64,000 nucleotides of DNA from Camelus ferus (Eukaryota), in the NCBI RefSeq assembly GCF_009834535.1, contig NC_045697.1, positions 42,162,001-42,226,000 of the forward strand. The letters are read 5' to 3'. Each line of letters starts with the position of its first letter. Within the stretch, counting starts at the first letter, position 1. This document shows positions 63,962 through 64,000 of this stretch, one piece after another. The translations under genes were made by a program, and so were the position numbers. The notes under the pieces were generated by a model that worked only from the letters and a program-made list of their open reading frames with translations, had not been told where the DNA came from and did not search any database.

Positions 63962-64000
63962 TGGGGGAGGGTTCAAGATGTGGCATAGAAAGGTCTTGAA
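63962..64000 (+). mobile_element. probable 5' start of a LINE-1 (5' UTR) running off the window
   Basis: gggggagggttcaagatgtggcatagaaaggtcttgaa resembles the G-rich start plus CAAGATGGCG (YY1) motif of laurasiatherian L1 5' UTRs, preceded by ttaaataaata; only about 40 bp visible. Confidence 0.55.

Overview
Mammalian non-coding DNA. I found no protein-coding gene, structural RNA gene or CRISPR array. The only ORF-track hits with recognisable homology are decayed LINE-1 ORF2 C-termini (52205-52411, 61201-61578). The window starts in the tail of a CpG-rich island (about 1-730) and continues as AT-rich, gene-desert-like sequence. It holds ancient repeats (MIR, L2, L1M, MLT1, LTR16A, MER5, MER20, a tRNA-Ile-derived MamSINE1-like element), five younger cetartiodactyl-type L1 3' ends (three with target-site duplications) and a probable L1 5' end at the right edge. 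The L1 type and the apparent lack of young SINEs suggest a camelid-like artiodactyl (inference). Repeat names come from recalled consensus similarity, not a RepeatMasker run, and boundaries are approximate. I cannot support a new biological system here. The best leads are a three-layer nested insertion, two perfect 31-bp tandem duplications with the same architecture, a strand bias of young L1s, a CpG-retaining TATA-bearing LTR16A, and several repeat-free motif-dense candidate enhancers and CTCF-like sites.
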